Below are positions 45,801 to 59,513 of a DNA stretch of 64,000 nucleotides, in pieces. The position numbers and the translations under genes were made by a program. Source of the DNA: Paraspadella gotoi (taxonomy: Eukaryota; Animalia; Chaetognatha); the NCBI GenBank assembly GCA_051294375.1, contig CM119266.1, positions 473,132 to 537,131 on the forward strand. Reading direction: 5' to 3'. Below the pieces are notes generated by a model. The model was not told the DNA's origin, searched no databases, and saw only the letters and a list, made by a program, of their open reading frames with translations. Numbering within the stretch: position 1 is the stretch's first letter; each line of letters begins with the position of its first letter.

Positions 45801-48800
45801 GAAATGAGATTACGAAATGGATGGGGTAGATGGAACAGGCCGGTTGGCGAGATGGAGAGAGAGAGATGGAGAGAGACGAAATGCAAGAGAGAGAGAGAAC
45901 AGAGAGAAGGGAGAGAGGGGAGAGAGAGAGAGAGAGAGAGAAGAGAGAGAAGAGAGAGAGAGAGGGCAGGAGAAAAAATCGCGGAATGCCATCCCTAACG
46001 ATGATGAGGAGGAGGGAGAAAGTTTGGATACCGAGGAGGAAGAGAAGAAAAGAAAGGAAGAGAAAGAAGAGAATAAGAAGAAAATAAAAGAAGTGAGACA
46101 AAAGACACCTTTTCGAGGAAGAAAAGACATATTCACACAATTGTTTAAAAAAATATTACATGAACTAGATCATCGTACTCATCAATTATACAGATAGTAA
46201 AAAATACACAAAGTAATACAACAATCATACTTCCATTGTGTTTGGTAAATATAGTCCCTAGATAAAGTTTTTACGATTGTCTGCAAATCCAAATAAAACC
46301 AATGACAGGTAAAACCTGCCGTAAAAGAGTTTTAGCGGCGACAGACGAGAACGTGCATGGTTCATAGTCATGAGGAAAAAAAAAGAAAAAAAAATTAAAA
46401 AATGTATAAAAAATAAAAGAAGAGTAGACGGATTTTAAGTGAAGCCTTTAAAGGAATGGGCTTCGTTAAAAAAACTAAATAGTTCGTTTCGCCATTTTAT
46501 GAAATCATTATTGTTTTAAGCTTTATTTTCTTATTAAACGTTTTTGCTATTCAGTTTTCATTCCAGAGTTTATTAAATAAATGCGATTAAAGAGATTAAT
46601 TGATTTGAATATTCACAGTAAATCGAGCGATAAATTTTTATTTAATATTTAATACACAACACAACGAAAGAAAGGATTTTCGCACAAATTGGTTTCATAT
46701 AAGTAAACCCAGAAAATCAGACCCTTCTTCAAGCATAAAAATGACTTACTTCCAAAGTTGAAATAATTGTTAATACCTTTAAGTTTAAAGGTCACGCAAT
46801 TTTCAAATCGCCCGAATTAGAATCACACAGGCAAAAAAGTTTCCAGTTAAAATCAGCTCGTCGGAATTTCGCCCTGGGTTACGACAGACACTTGATGGTT
46901 CCAGCTTTTCCGATACAATTGAGGTTAGACCTCTGGCGTGACATTAAGATCGAAGGCATCGCATTAATACTAGAATAATGAGAAAATTTGAAGACTGTAC
47001 TCTGAGGCCATGAGATTATCAACCGTTTGGAACAGTTCGGTTGATGTTAGTTAATAAAGTTATCCTCAGAAATCACTTTGATTTTGTCGCCTTTCTAACT
47101 TGGTAAAGTTTTGCTTTTATGTTAATTTTTGTTACATTATATCCAGAGGAGGTAGTATATTAGTTAACTCTCCAACTAAAGAAAATTGTAATCTCTGGGC
47201 GCTTAAATAAGGAAAAAAACCAAAGGGGTCAAGGCCGGACTGTCAGTTGGCGCAGGACGCCGAGCCCTCTTATTCTGTTTTTCTCGGGGTTTTCTGAATC
47301 GACATCCAATGGCGGTTCGAAGGTCGAACAACTCCGCCGCAGCGTGGCGCGCGTCAGAGTCAAGTTCGCAAGATTACTTAGATCAAACGCCCCCGCTGCC
47401 GCCTTTCGTATCCACTAGACTTTTAAAATAGGTTTATGCAATATGAAGTCATATTTCGGACGATTTGAGGATAATAACATTTACTAATAATCAACAACAA
47501 AATAATTTTCAAATTTTTCTAATCTGAGAAATTTTAATTTTAAATTTTGTCTAATTATCAATTTAAATATTAAAATTTACTATAAAAAGGGATATATTTT
47601 TGATAATTGATGCCAATCACATCGATCGTTGATTTTAAGAATTTTCACCTATAATGATCCAACACCTTGATAAAAAAAATTTTGAGAAGAAGAAGCCGGG
47701 TTTTAGTGATTTTCGTAAGGAATCGCCAAACGCAACTGTGTTCTTTGAGAAAGTTTGAGAGACGAAAGATCAAAGTTCCTTTTCCTTCGTTTTCGATAAT
47801 AAATTATAAAAATGTTTGCGGAAAAGTGATTTTTAAACTTAAAAGTGGGTTTGCGGCGATAGGACAAATGTCAGTAAACATAAAAAATAAAAAACAGAAA
47901 ATGTAGAAAATTAATTAAGAACCATATTTCTCTACGCATTGAACAAAGGCTGTCCGATACCATCAGCACCGTAAATCTCTAGCACAATGGTCACAGGTCT
48001 AGTCATGACTCTGAAAAGTCAGATGTCAGAACGAACGCCGGGTTAAACCGCTGGCCAAGGTAACCGCGCAAGTGACCCGGTTGCGTCTGAACCCAACGTA
48101 GATACCCACGAGAGCAATATCATATAATTTTTATATATTTTTATGCCGGTCCTGGAGGATGATATGCAATATTCACTTGCAAAAAAACCGTTTTTAAGAT
48201 TCCTACAATGATTTCTGGAGATATAGTCATAAACGTCACCTTGAAGGCAAAAATTTGTCAGAATAAAATTTTCAAGTTCTTCTTAGATTTCTGACGCCGC
48301 TAGTACAAACTATTTAAAAAAAAGAGGAAACGTTTTACTGATTTCTTCCTGACAAATCGATAAATGAGTAAGACAATTGGTACACCTGGATAGTCATCAA
48401 GTCTCTAGAGGGCAGAAAATTTTTCTTTAGGTTTTATTTTGAAATTTAGGTATTGTTACCAATCAGGATAAATTGAGTACTCCTGCTCTGCCGAAATTTT
48501 TATTTAACAAAGATTTGTACTGCGTAGTCAAATCTTTAGTTTCTCTAAGTAAAAAAAGTTATTTTCTTGAATAACTTTGAAAGAAAAGAGATAGGAAAGT
48601 GGCGAGGTATTAAATTTAAGCCACTAATCATGGGGACACCTTTCTAAATAAGTTTTATTAAATTTATTCCATAAATTCTTACACAGCCTTATATTTAAAT
48701 CGGAGTTAAAAGGTAAACAGTTTGCGTGTAAAAATTTCAGTTGAACTATATTGAAATTTGTTGTTTTTCTCTTTATATTGAAAAAAGGAAAGAACTAAAT

Positions 48801-51800
48801 TACATTTTGATTACATTAAATTTTCTTTACTGCATAAAATTGCTTGATTTTTCAGTTAAAGTAAAAAACAAGCAATAAAATAAGTAGCTTGAGTAAAATG
48901 TTTTTTGAATATAAAAAATGAAAATACAAAAATGTTTTTCAGCTTAATATACAAACAGTTCTGACCGTCTACCTTCTTGTCTGTGGAGAAAAGAATGCGT
49001 CCATTTTTCAATATCTTCAACTGCAAACACAAAGCTTGACACGACTGCTTGTTTATCATATAAATATTTAAAATTACATAGCTGAGGACATATTGACAAA
49101 GGCAGACATCATTGGTAAATTATGATAATTTTTTTTTAAATAGAAAAAAAGATAATTTATTTTTTTAGCTTCTTTTTATTTCTTCTTAAATAACAAAATT
49201 TCAGTGAAGAAAAAAAAAATTAAAAGTCTACTCATCTTGAATTGTCATTGTTTACTGATCTAAAAGGTTAAAAATTTTTTTTAATTCGCCTTTTGCCCCA
49301 AGCTCCCAAGACATGAAGTGCCTAAAACTTTTTAAAAAAAATTTTTACTTGATGTGCATTACAAGGCAGAACCCGCTATTCTGAATTTTTGTATTTTCCC
49401 TTTCAAACATATTAAATAAAAGTAATTATTTTCGAGATGTGTCGACGGTACAATGCACTGGTAAGGCTTCGTTACCTCACTTCCCGAATGGAATTTTTAA
49501 ACGAGGATTTTTTCCGTCTATTTCGAGACATAAACACTAAACTATTGATATTTACTAGTTTTTTGATTCACACAATCTATTCGCGTAATCAGCAGAACGT
49601 TTAGCGTGTCAAAAAAATTAGGGTTAAAAAATTGAGAAAACGTTCTGACAAATTAAAAATCGAGGAGGAATCTACCTAACGCCAACTGGTGAGATGCGCC
49701 ACCAATCTTGGGCATCACAGGCAACCCGACGGTTGCTAATAATTTAAAAACATGTACAAAATGTAGAAAGAAAATCAACCCGCCTTTGAACCGAATTCCA
49801 TGTTTTTCAATCGAACAATTTCGATGAAGCCAGCTCAGGATTGTTATTTTATTTCCTTTTGTATAAGATATATTTTTATGAAAAGATTTACTTTCATAGA
49901 ACAAGGGGCGTCGAACTCACTTCCCAATTACTGTTCGCCCCAAGAATGTTAAATCCGTTGATAATAATAATGTTTATCCTGCAAGACTTTCGCAGCAAGT
50001 GAGAAAGCAGTTATATCCTTTAAGGCTCCGTTTAAATATCTCTCGGTTTCTTGAACGATCTATAAGGAAATCTTTGAATCGCCGGAGGCTGTTAATGTAG
50101 TTAAATGTTCACTGTGACTTAATTGACATTTTTGAACAGGTTCAGTCAATCCAGTTTTTGAAGAAAACATTTTTACAGGTGACTAAGTCGTGGATGTTTG
50201 CCATACCTTGCATGAGTTAAAGAAATAAATTTGATTCATTGATTGTTTTAAAAATTCGTTTTATTTTTAAAATAATAACGGTAAACGACAGTAGTACAAT
50301 ACGAAATCTAGTATAAAAATAAGCGCCTTCGCGAAGAATACTGCCAACTAGAATTTTAGATAGGTCGATTTGTTGCTGAATATAAAAAAATTCTTTAAAC
50401 ATAACTAACCAACCAAAATCTATATCAGTAATACATTGGAATGTTATAGTGTAATTGAAAAATAACACGAAAATATAAAGGTATAATATATCCAAACTAG
50501 CAGAAAAACTGCTTAGTGTACTTTGTACATACGTAAGCTAAAGCCCAAACTATAACTCAGCTATAGGTCATCCATCAACAAACGCTTTTTAGTTGCGCCG
50601 CGAGTACTCGCGGAGCAACTCTATAAGTCACTTTTCGGTCGGTCGTTGTCGGCTCCGTCGGTATGTCTGTCGGTCGGTTTGTCCCACTTACTGTAAAAAC
50701 GCTTATAACTTGCTTATAGTTTGTTGCTCATTTGTTAAAAATCAAATCTAAGCGACTGCTGGCGCCACCTTCTGTTTTTAAAGAAATCTTAAAGAAATCT
50801 TAAAGAACTATAAAGAATAAATGACATAAAAAGAAAAGTAAATGCGGCGCAACACACTTGGAATAACCGTTCCTTGTTTTTTTTCAAATTTCAATATTTC
50901 CTATATTCAACGGCTTTAGTATGCATCCGTGAAATAAAAGATAAAAAAAATGATGAAAATCTATAAGTATAATATCTTCAAAAGTTGTCTTTCATTTGAT
51001 ATAAATAAAATATAATATAAACTTACTATTCATTTATTTATTTTATCTTCCTCATAACATAGTGCAAAATATTTTTACAATGTGCTTAAACTTTTGAAAA
51101 TATATTGACCGTTCTTAAAATAGAAAAAAGAGGAAGAAAAGTCTCATCCATTAACAACATTGTGGTATTTTTTGGAAACAAAGAAACAAGGAAACAACCC
51201 ACGAGGTCCAAAGTCCAAGGACGGAATAGATAGAAGTTAATTCTCTTTAAAAATCGTTTTAATGATCATAAACCATTTTAAAATTTAGTAGATCTCGGCG
51301 CCCTTAGGAGCGTCGTCCTCGAAGGTGGGATTCGGGGTTCCCTCCAAACGCGAGACCGGAGGATCAATCGTCTTCGGACTCTCGACGAGCAGCTGCGGCG
51401 GTGACTCTGGGTCTTCAGGGCTGTAACGTCTTCAGCCGCGGCCTCCAGCTGCAGCGCCACTCGGGATAGAAGAGCATCGCCGCGAAAAAGTCCTCGACGG
51501 GATTGCCGTTGATGTGGAGAAGCTCGCGGGCCGTGATGCGGACGCTGGTCACCATCGCTGGAGGAAAGGGTTTGGGGAGGAAGGAGTCGTTGGACGCAGG
51601 AATATTTGTTCATGAAATTGATTAAATTAGTGACGAAAAGAGAATCAATGTTTAATTCAACTTACAAACTAAGAGTAAGTAACAAAGTTAAGCATAAAAA
51701 ATATATAACACTAAAAAATCAAATATTGTTGTCTTTGATTGACGACAAAGACTCTTGCCTGCTTAAATTCAAATAAAAAAAAACAACGTAAAAAAAAAAA

Positions 51801-52200
51801 TGGAAATATAAAAAAGACCACAAATTGTATTTCTCACAAAACCCGCGTGTGCCAAGTACACTATCCACGCCATCGCCCACAGTCCGTACAGTGCAAAATC
51901 ACAAGCGTGGAGAACGACGAAGAGGAGAGAGCGAAGGCCATGGGCACCGCGTAGAGCCACGCCCTCGACGAGCCCGCCATCCGTGCCGCGGCCACGCCCA
52001 CCGTCCACGGCGCCGCGAGGACGTTGACGAAGAAGGAGATGGTGAGACGGGGGTTCCAAGTGCAAAAGGGATCGAGAAGAGAGACACGGAACTTGGGGTC
52101 ACGGATGAGGTCAATCTCCATGAATTCGTGCTGGATTTGGATTTGATTTGATTTGCATTTGATTTGGATTTGGATTGTGATATGGATTTGATTTGATAGG
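42849..52200. other. Direct redundant, indel-rich copy of 33535-42823
   Basis: Starts right after the N gap with the same sequence as 33535. Repeats the SULT-B end, GPT 5' exons and BCCT 3' exons with frameshifting indels. Confidence 0.88.
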
Positions 52201-53446
52201 GATTTTGATTTGATTTGATTGATATGGATTTGATATGGATTTGATTTGATATGGATTTGATTGGATTTGATTTGGTTGATTTGCTTTTGATTTGGTTTTA
52301 TTTGTTTGTGATTTGGTTTGATTTGGATTTGATATGGATTTGATTTGATATATATTTGATATTATTTATTTGATATGGATTTGATTGTTGATTTGATTTG
52401 ATATGGATTTGATTTTGATTGATTTGATTTGGTTTGATTTGGATTTGGATTTGATAGGATTTGATTTGATATGATTTGATTGGATATATTATTTGATATA
52501 TTTTATTTGATTGATTTTGATTTGATTGATTGATTGATTGGATTTGATTTGATTTGGTTTTTGATTTGATTTGATAATTTGATTTGATTTAATTTAGATT
52601 CCGATTTAGATTTTGATTGATTTATTTTTGGATTTGATTTTGAATGACTCGATCAATTTGATGGAATGTTTCATTTGATATATTTTTTTAATTTGTTTTC
52701 ATTGAATTGACTTATTTCTGTCATTGGTTAATTTGATTGGTTGATTTATTTCTTTTTGTCGTTATATTGACATAATTGATCAATTGTTAGATTAACTGTT
52801 TTGAATTCATTGATTATTTGAGTTTTCGTAACTTTAACGTTATGCAGCTTGAAGTTAGACAAAGTATTTGAGCTAAAATCATAATGACACACACATTATC
52901 AAGATACACACATCTCGGTAAAAGCGCTACCTGCAACAGTCGGTAGAGAGAGACGCAGATGAAGCGACCGACGATGGTAGGGCAGCCCCATGACGATGGA
53001 GACGGTCTGCAGGGCTCGAGACCCCTCCTTCCCCGCGGCCACGAGAAGGGCCGTCGCGGTGGCGCCTTCCATCATGGCCCAGAAGACTCGCTTTGGGAAG
53101 AAAAACGGGTTTCATTAGGATTGCGCCCACCTTATTGGGCGCAATCGTAGGCGCGGCGATATGTGTGCCACAATCGAGTAAACGGATTATAATGCAAGGA
53201 CTGGTAAAAGTAGTCAAAACAGTATTATTATTAAGAAGAATAATTTGTTAAAAGAAGCGACGACTTACAAATTTGAAACAATAAATTAAATAATAAGGAA
53301 TGAGAAAATTGCTAAACTAATCAAGGAAAACAGTTTTTTCTACGCATGAAAATATCATGTGAATTTTAATTCAGTTTCTCTGCTTCTTCGCTCCCTCAAA
53401 TTAATTTCGTAGCGTCACATGTATCCATCAGTCAGCTTCCAATCCG

Positions 53447-53486
<40 letters not shown>

Positions 53487-53755
53487 TCTCTCTCTCCTCT
53501 CTTTCTCTCTCTCCTACCGCGCTTTGGCGGGTCCGGGTCCCCGTTGGACCGACGAGACATCGATTAACCGAGTGACCCCGATCGGACGAGGTCACGCAAG
53601 TAGAGGTGATCCCGCAGAGACTCAGGACGGAGAGGAATCCCCGAGGTTTGTGTACGACTCCATCAGAGCGAACACATCTCTTCGGGTCTTCAAACACGAG
53701 AGGCGGGTGTTAGCTGAGGGAATGGAGGGTTGGAGAAGGGGTGTGGAATTGTAGG
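51278..53755 (-). CDS. BCCT-family (betaine/carnitine/choline) transporter, 3' four exons, noisy copy
   Basis: Reverse complement of 56990-59513. Confidence 0.7.
52135..52640. repeat. (GATTT)n degenerate microsatellite in a BCCT intron
   Basis: Also at 42745-42823, 55250-55780, 56330-56415 and 58110-58640. Confidence 0.9.
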
Positions 53756-53886
53756 TCTCTCGCTCGCTCGCGATCGGTCGGTCCGTCAGGATGGTCTTGC
53801 TAAAGGATTTTGTATTGTGAGTTTTGTGAATTTATTTTTTAAAAGCAGCTGCGGGGAAATTATTAAGAACAGAAGTTTTAGTTATA

Positions 53887-53976
53887 TCATCTCTCTTTTT
53901 TCCCCCTTCCCCCCTTTTTTTCCCCCCTTTCCCGGGTTTTGGTTTTGTTGTTTGAGAAGGGGGAGGGGAGGGGATT
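53887..53976. other. Probable unremoved PacBio SMRTbell hairpin adapter at a palindrome centre
   Basis: atctctctttttt-cccc...-gggttttggttttgttgtttgaga...gat is a homopolymer-smeared form of ATCTCTCTCTTTTCCTCCTCCTCCGTTGTTGTTGTTGAGAGAGAT. The flanks are mirror images. Confidence 0.75.
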
Positions 53977-54110
53977 AAATTTTAAACTAAAACTTCTGTT
54001 CTTATAATTTCCCCGCAGTGCCTATTTAAAAATTAAATTTCACAAAACTCACAACTACAAAATCCTTTTAGCAAAAGGACCCATCCTGACGGACGCCGCG
54101 AAGCGAGCGA

Positions 54111-54377
54111 GGACTACATTCTCCATACCCCTTCTCCACCCTTCCATTCTTCAGCATACACCCGCCTCTCGTGTTTGAAGACGAAAGAGATGTGTTCGCT
54201 CTGATGGAGTCGTACGACAACCTCGGGGATTCCTCTCCGTCTGAGTCTCTGTCGGGCATCTTCCTGCTCTCACTTCGTGACGCTCGTCGACTTCGGGGTC
54301 ACTCGTTATCGGATTGTCTCTCGGCCCAAACGGACCGTGACCCCCCAAAAGCGCAGGTGGGAGAGAGAGAGAGAGAG

Positions 54378-54409
<32 letters not shown>

Positions 54410-54952
54410 CGGATTGGAAGCTGACTGAAATGGATACATGTACGTACGAAATTTAATGGAGGAGGGTAGGAAGCAGAGAAACTCGAATTTAAAATTCACA
54501 TGATATTTTCCCATGCGTAGAAAAAAACTGTTTCCTTGATTAGTCTTTTAAGCAATCATAAGTTTCTCATTTCCTTATTAATTTTAATTTTATATTGTTT
54601 CCAAATTGTAAGTCGTCGCTTCTTTAACCAAATTATTTCTTTCCATATAATAATTAATCACTCGTTCTTGACTACTTTTACAGTCATTGCATTATAATCC
54701 GTTTACTTCGATTGTGGCACAATATCGCCGCCTACGATGCGCCAACTCCAAGTGGCGCAATCCTAATGAAACCCGTTTTCCTTCCCAAGCGAGTCTTCTG
54801 GCCATGATGAAGGCGCCACCGCGACGGCCCTTCTCGTGGCCGGCGGCTAAGGAGGGTTCTCGAGCCTGCAGGACCCGTCTTCCATTGTCATGGGGCTGCC
54901 CCTACACATCGTCGTCTGCTTCATCTGCGTCCTCTCTCTACCGACTGTTGCA
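54111..54952 (+). CDS. BCCT exons, palindromic read-through copy
   Basis: Mirror of 52930-53755 across the adapter. Confidence 0.65.
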
Positions 54953-55958
54953 GGTAGCGCTTTTTACCCGAGATGTGTGTATCCTTGAGTAATGTGTGTG
55001 TCATTATGATTTTAGCTCAATACTTTGTCTAACTTCAAGCTGCATAACGTTAAAGTTACGAAACTCAAATAATCAATGAATTCAAACAGTTAAATTCTAA
55101 CCAATGATCCAATATGTCAGCTATAACGACAAAAAAGAAATAAATTCAACCAATCAAATTAACCAATGACAGAATAGTCAATTCAATGAAATCAAATTAA
55201 AAAATATAATCAAAATGAAACAATTTCCATCAAATTGATCGAGTCATTCAAAAATCAATCAAAAAATAAATCAATCAAAATCTAAATCGGAATCTAAATT
55301 AAATCAAAATCAAAAAATTAAAATCAAATCCCAAATCAACCAAATCAAATCAAATCAATCCATATCAAATCAAATCCATATCAATCAAATCAAATCAAAT
55401 AAAATCCATATCAAATAAAATATATATCAAATTAAATCCATACAAATCATCATATCAAATCCAAATCCAAATCAAACCAAATCAAATCAAATCAATCAAA
55501 TCCATATCAAATCAAATCAAATCAAATCAAAATCCATATCAAATAAAATTATATATCAAATCAAATCCATATCAAATCCAAATCCAAACCAAATCAAAAC
55601 CAATAAAAACCAAATCAAAGCAAATCAAACCAAATCAAATCAAATCAAATCCATATCAAATCAAATCCATATCAAATCCATATCAAATCAAATCAATGGA
55701 TTTGATTTGATATATATTTTATTTGATATGGATTTGATTTGATTTGATTTGATTTGATATGGATTTGATTTGATTTGATTTCTTTTTTTCCAAAAACACG
55801 AAAAAACACGTCACTTGACTTTCAATCGTTGCAAATGTTGCAAAAACTTATCTAACAAATCTCGTCTTCTCTCTTAGTAGTCTTGATAAACTATTTAACT
55901 TTGAAACCTGGAACCGACAAGAGGGCGAATGCAGTAAAACTTTAAATTCCCACTGAAA

Positions 55959-56304
55959 TCAATCACATATTTTCCTTCTCTTTTTCTTTTCTTCTATTAT
56001 CTTCTCCTCCCCGCTCAAACTCGTCTTCGTTTCCTCGGGTTCCCATCCGGTACATTTAAGGCTGTCTCTTCTGACCTCCCTGACCCCGGTCGCGTTTCCG
56101 TCCAGCCGCCCCGCTGCTCTGCGCGCCCGCAAACTCAACTTTCTTCGTCGACTCGAGAATTTCGGCCGGTCGTCGGAAGCAGCCACCGAACATTCAGATG
56201 CCACCCTTCGAAACAAGCGGCTTGCTTTAATCGCCTTGGTTTTATTTTTTCCTGGGCAGATTTGATTGATGTTGATATCCTATGATTCGATCTTGATGAT
56301 TTTC
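55959..56304 (-). CDS. Possible terminal exon of an unrelated gene
   Basis: GC-rich open frame ...KAIKASRLFRRVASECSVAASDDRPKFSS...KRRKICD* running from the gap. No recognisable motif. Confidence 0.3.
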
Positions 56305-56989
56305 NNNNNNNNNNNNNNNNNNNNNNNNNTTGATTTGATTTGATTTAATTTTGATTTTGATTTAATTTAGATTCCGATTTAGATTTTGATTGGATTTATT
56401 TTTGATTTGATTTTGAATGACTCGATCAATTTGATGGAATTGTTTCATTTTGATATATTTTTTTAATTTGATTTCATTGAATTGACTTATTTCTGTCATT
56501 GGTTAATTTGATTGGTTGATTTATTTCTTTTTGTCGTTATATTGACATAATTGATCAATTGTTAGAATTTAACTGTTTGAATTCATTGATTATTTGAGTT
56601 TTCGTAACTTTAACGTTATGCAGCTTGAAGTTAGACAAAGTATTTGAGCTAAAATCATAATGACACACACATTACTCAAGATACACACATCTCGGTAAAA
56701 AGCGCTACCTGCAACAGTCGGTAGAGAGAGACGCAGATGAAGCAGACGACGATGTGTAGGGGCAGCCCCATGCGATGGAGACGGGTCAGGCAGGCCTCGA
56801 GACCCTCCTTGCCGCGGCCACGAGAAGGGCCGTCGCGGTGGCGCCTTCCATCATGGCCCAGAAGACTCGCTTTGGGAAGGAAAACGGGTTTCATTAGGAT
56901 TGCGCCCACCTTGAGTTGGGCGCAATCGTAGGCGGGCGATATTGTGCCACAATCGAGTAAACGGNNNNNNNNNNNNNNNNNNNNNNNNN

Positions 56990-57224
56990 GCGAGACTACA
57001 TTCCATACCCCTTCTCCACCCTCCATTCCAGCTACACCCGCCTCTCGTGTTTGAAGACGAAGAGATGTGGTTCGCTCTGATGGAGTCGTACGACAACCTC
57101 GGGGATTCCTCTCCGTCCTGAGTCTCTGCGGGATCATCCTCTACTTCGTGACCTCGTCCGATTCGGGGTCACTCGTTATCGATTGTCTCTCGGCCAACGG
57201 ACCGGACCCGCCCAAAGCGCAGGT

Positions 57225-57307
<83 letters not shown>

Positions 57308-59513
57308 CGGATTGGAAGCTGACTGAATGGATACATGTGCGTACGAAATTAATTGAGGGAGGAGAAGCAGAGAAACTGGAATTAAAATTCACATGATATT
57401 TTCATGCGTAGAAAAACTGTTTCCTTGATTAGTTTTAGCAATTTTCTCATTTCCTTATTATTTTAATTTCTATTGTTTCAAATTTGTAAGTCGTCGCTTC
57501 TTTAACAAATTATTCTTCTTAATAATAATACTGTTTTGACTACTTTTACCAGTCATTGCATTATAATCCGTTTACTCGATTGTGGCACAATATCGCCTTG
57601 CGCACGATGCGCCCAATTGAAGGTGGGCGCAATCCTAATGAACCCGTTTTTCTTCCCAAAGCGAGTCTTCTGGCCATGATGGAAGGCGCCACCGCGACGG
57701 CCCTTCTCGTGGCCGGCGGCAAGGAGGGTCTCGAGCCCTGCAGGACCGTCTCCATCGTCATGGGGCTGCCCTACACCATCGTCGTCTGCTTCATCTGCGT
57801 TCTCTCTACCGACTGTTGCAGGTAGCGCCTTTTACCGAGATGTGTGTATCTTGATTAATGTGTGTGTCATTATGATTTTAGCTCAAATACTTTGTCTACT
57901 TCAAGCTGCATAACGTTAAGTTACGAAACTCAAATAATCAATGAATTCAAACAGTTAAATTCTAACAATTGATCAATTATGTCATATAACGACAAAAAGA
58001 AATAAATCAACCAATCAAATTAACCAATGACAGAAAAAGTCAATTCAATGAAATCAAATTAAAAAATATATCAAAATGAAACAATTCCATCAAATTGATC
58101 GAGTCATTCAAAATCAATCAAAAATAAATCCAATCAAAATCTAAATCGGAATCTAAATTAAATCAAAATCAAAATTAAATCAAATCAAATCAATCAAATC
58201 AAATCAAATCAAATCAATCAAATCAAATCAAATCAATCAATCAAATCAAATAAAATCCATATCAAATCAAATATATATCAAATAAATCCATATCAAATCA
58301 AATCCATATCAAATCCAAATCCAAATCAAACCAATCAAATCACAATCAAATCAATCAAATCCATATCAAATCAAATCAATCAAATCAAATCCATATCAAA
58401 TAAAATATATATCAAATCAAATCCATATCAAATCAAATCCATATCAAATCCAAATCAAACCAATCAAACCAAATCAAATAAACCAAATCAACCAAATCAA
58501 TCAAATCAAATCCATATCAAATCAAATCCATATCAAATCCATATCAATCAATCAATCAAATCAAATCCATTCAATCCATATCAAATCAAATCCTATCAAA
58601 TCAAATCCATATCAAATCCAATCCAAATCAAATGCAAATCAAATCAAATCCAAATCCAGCACGAATTCATGGAGATTGACCTCATCCGTGACCCAAGTTC
58701 CGTGTCTCTCTTCTCCGATCCCTTTTGCACTTGGAACCCCCGTCTCACCATCTCCTTCTTCGTCAACGTCCTCGCGGCGCCGTGGACGGTGGGCGTGGCC
58801 GCGGCACGGATGGCGGGCTCGTCGAGGCGTGGCTCTACGCGTGCCCATGGCCTTCGCTCTCCTCCTCTTCGTCGTTCTCCACGCTTGTGATGTTGCACTG
58901 TACGGACTGTGGGCGATGGCGTGGATAGTGTACTTGGCACACGCGGGTTTGTGAGAAATACAATTTGTGGTCTTTTTTATATTTCCATTGTTTTTTTTTT
59001 TACGTTGTTTTTTTTTATTTGAATTAAGCAGCAAGAGTCTTTGTCGTCAATCAAAGACAACAATATTTGATTTTTTTAGTGTTATATATTTTTTATGCTT
59101 AACTTTGTTACTTACTCTTAGTTTGTAAGTTGATTAAACATTGATTCTCTTTTCGTCACTAATTTAATCAATTTCATGAACTAAATATTCCTGCGTCCAA
59201 CGACTCCTCCCCCCAAACCCTTTCCTCCAGCGATGGTGACCAGCGTCCGCATCACGGCCCGCGAGCTTCTCCACATCAACGGCAATCCCGTCGAGGACTT
59301 TTTCGCGGCGATGCTCTTCTATCCCGGAGTGGCGCTGCAGCTGGAGGCCGCGGCTGAAGACGTTACAGCCCTGAAGACCCAGAGTCACCGCCGCAGCTGC
59401 TCGTCGAGAGTCCGAAGACGATTGATCCTCCGGTCTCGCGTTTGGAGGGAACCCCGAATCCCACCTTCGAGGACGACGCTCCTAAGGGCGCCGACGAATC
59501 TACTAAATTTTAA
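56990..59513 (+). CDS. BCCT-family transporter, 3' four exons (best copy; 5' half absent)
   Basis: LSVLSLCGIILYFVTSSDSGSLVIDCLSANG and RVFWAMMEGATATALLVAGG...LQTVSIVMGLPYTIVVCFIC are BCCT TM10-TM12 motifs. Spliceosomal introns and a hydrophobic C-terminal extension follow. Confidence 0.85.

Noticed and set aside
42849-52200. Pseudogenised tandem segmental duplication of SULT/GPT/BCCT
   Set aside because: Gap-bounded, with differences dominated by random indels in exons and introns alike; fits an uncorrected read or contig rather than evolution.
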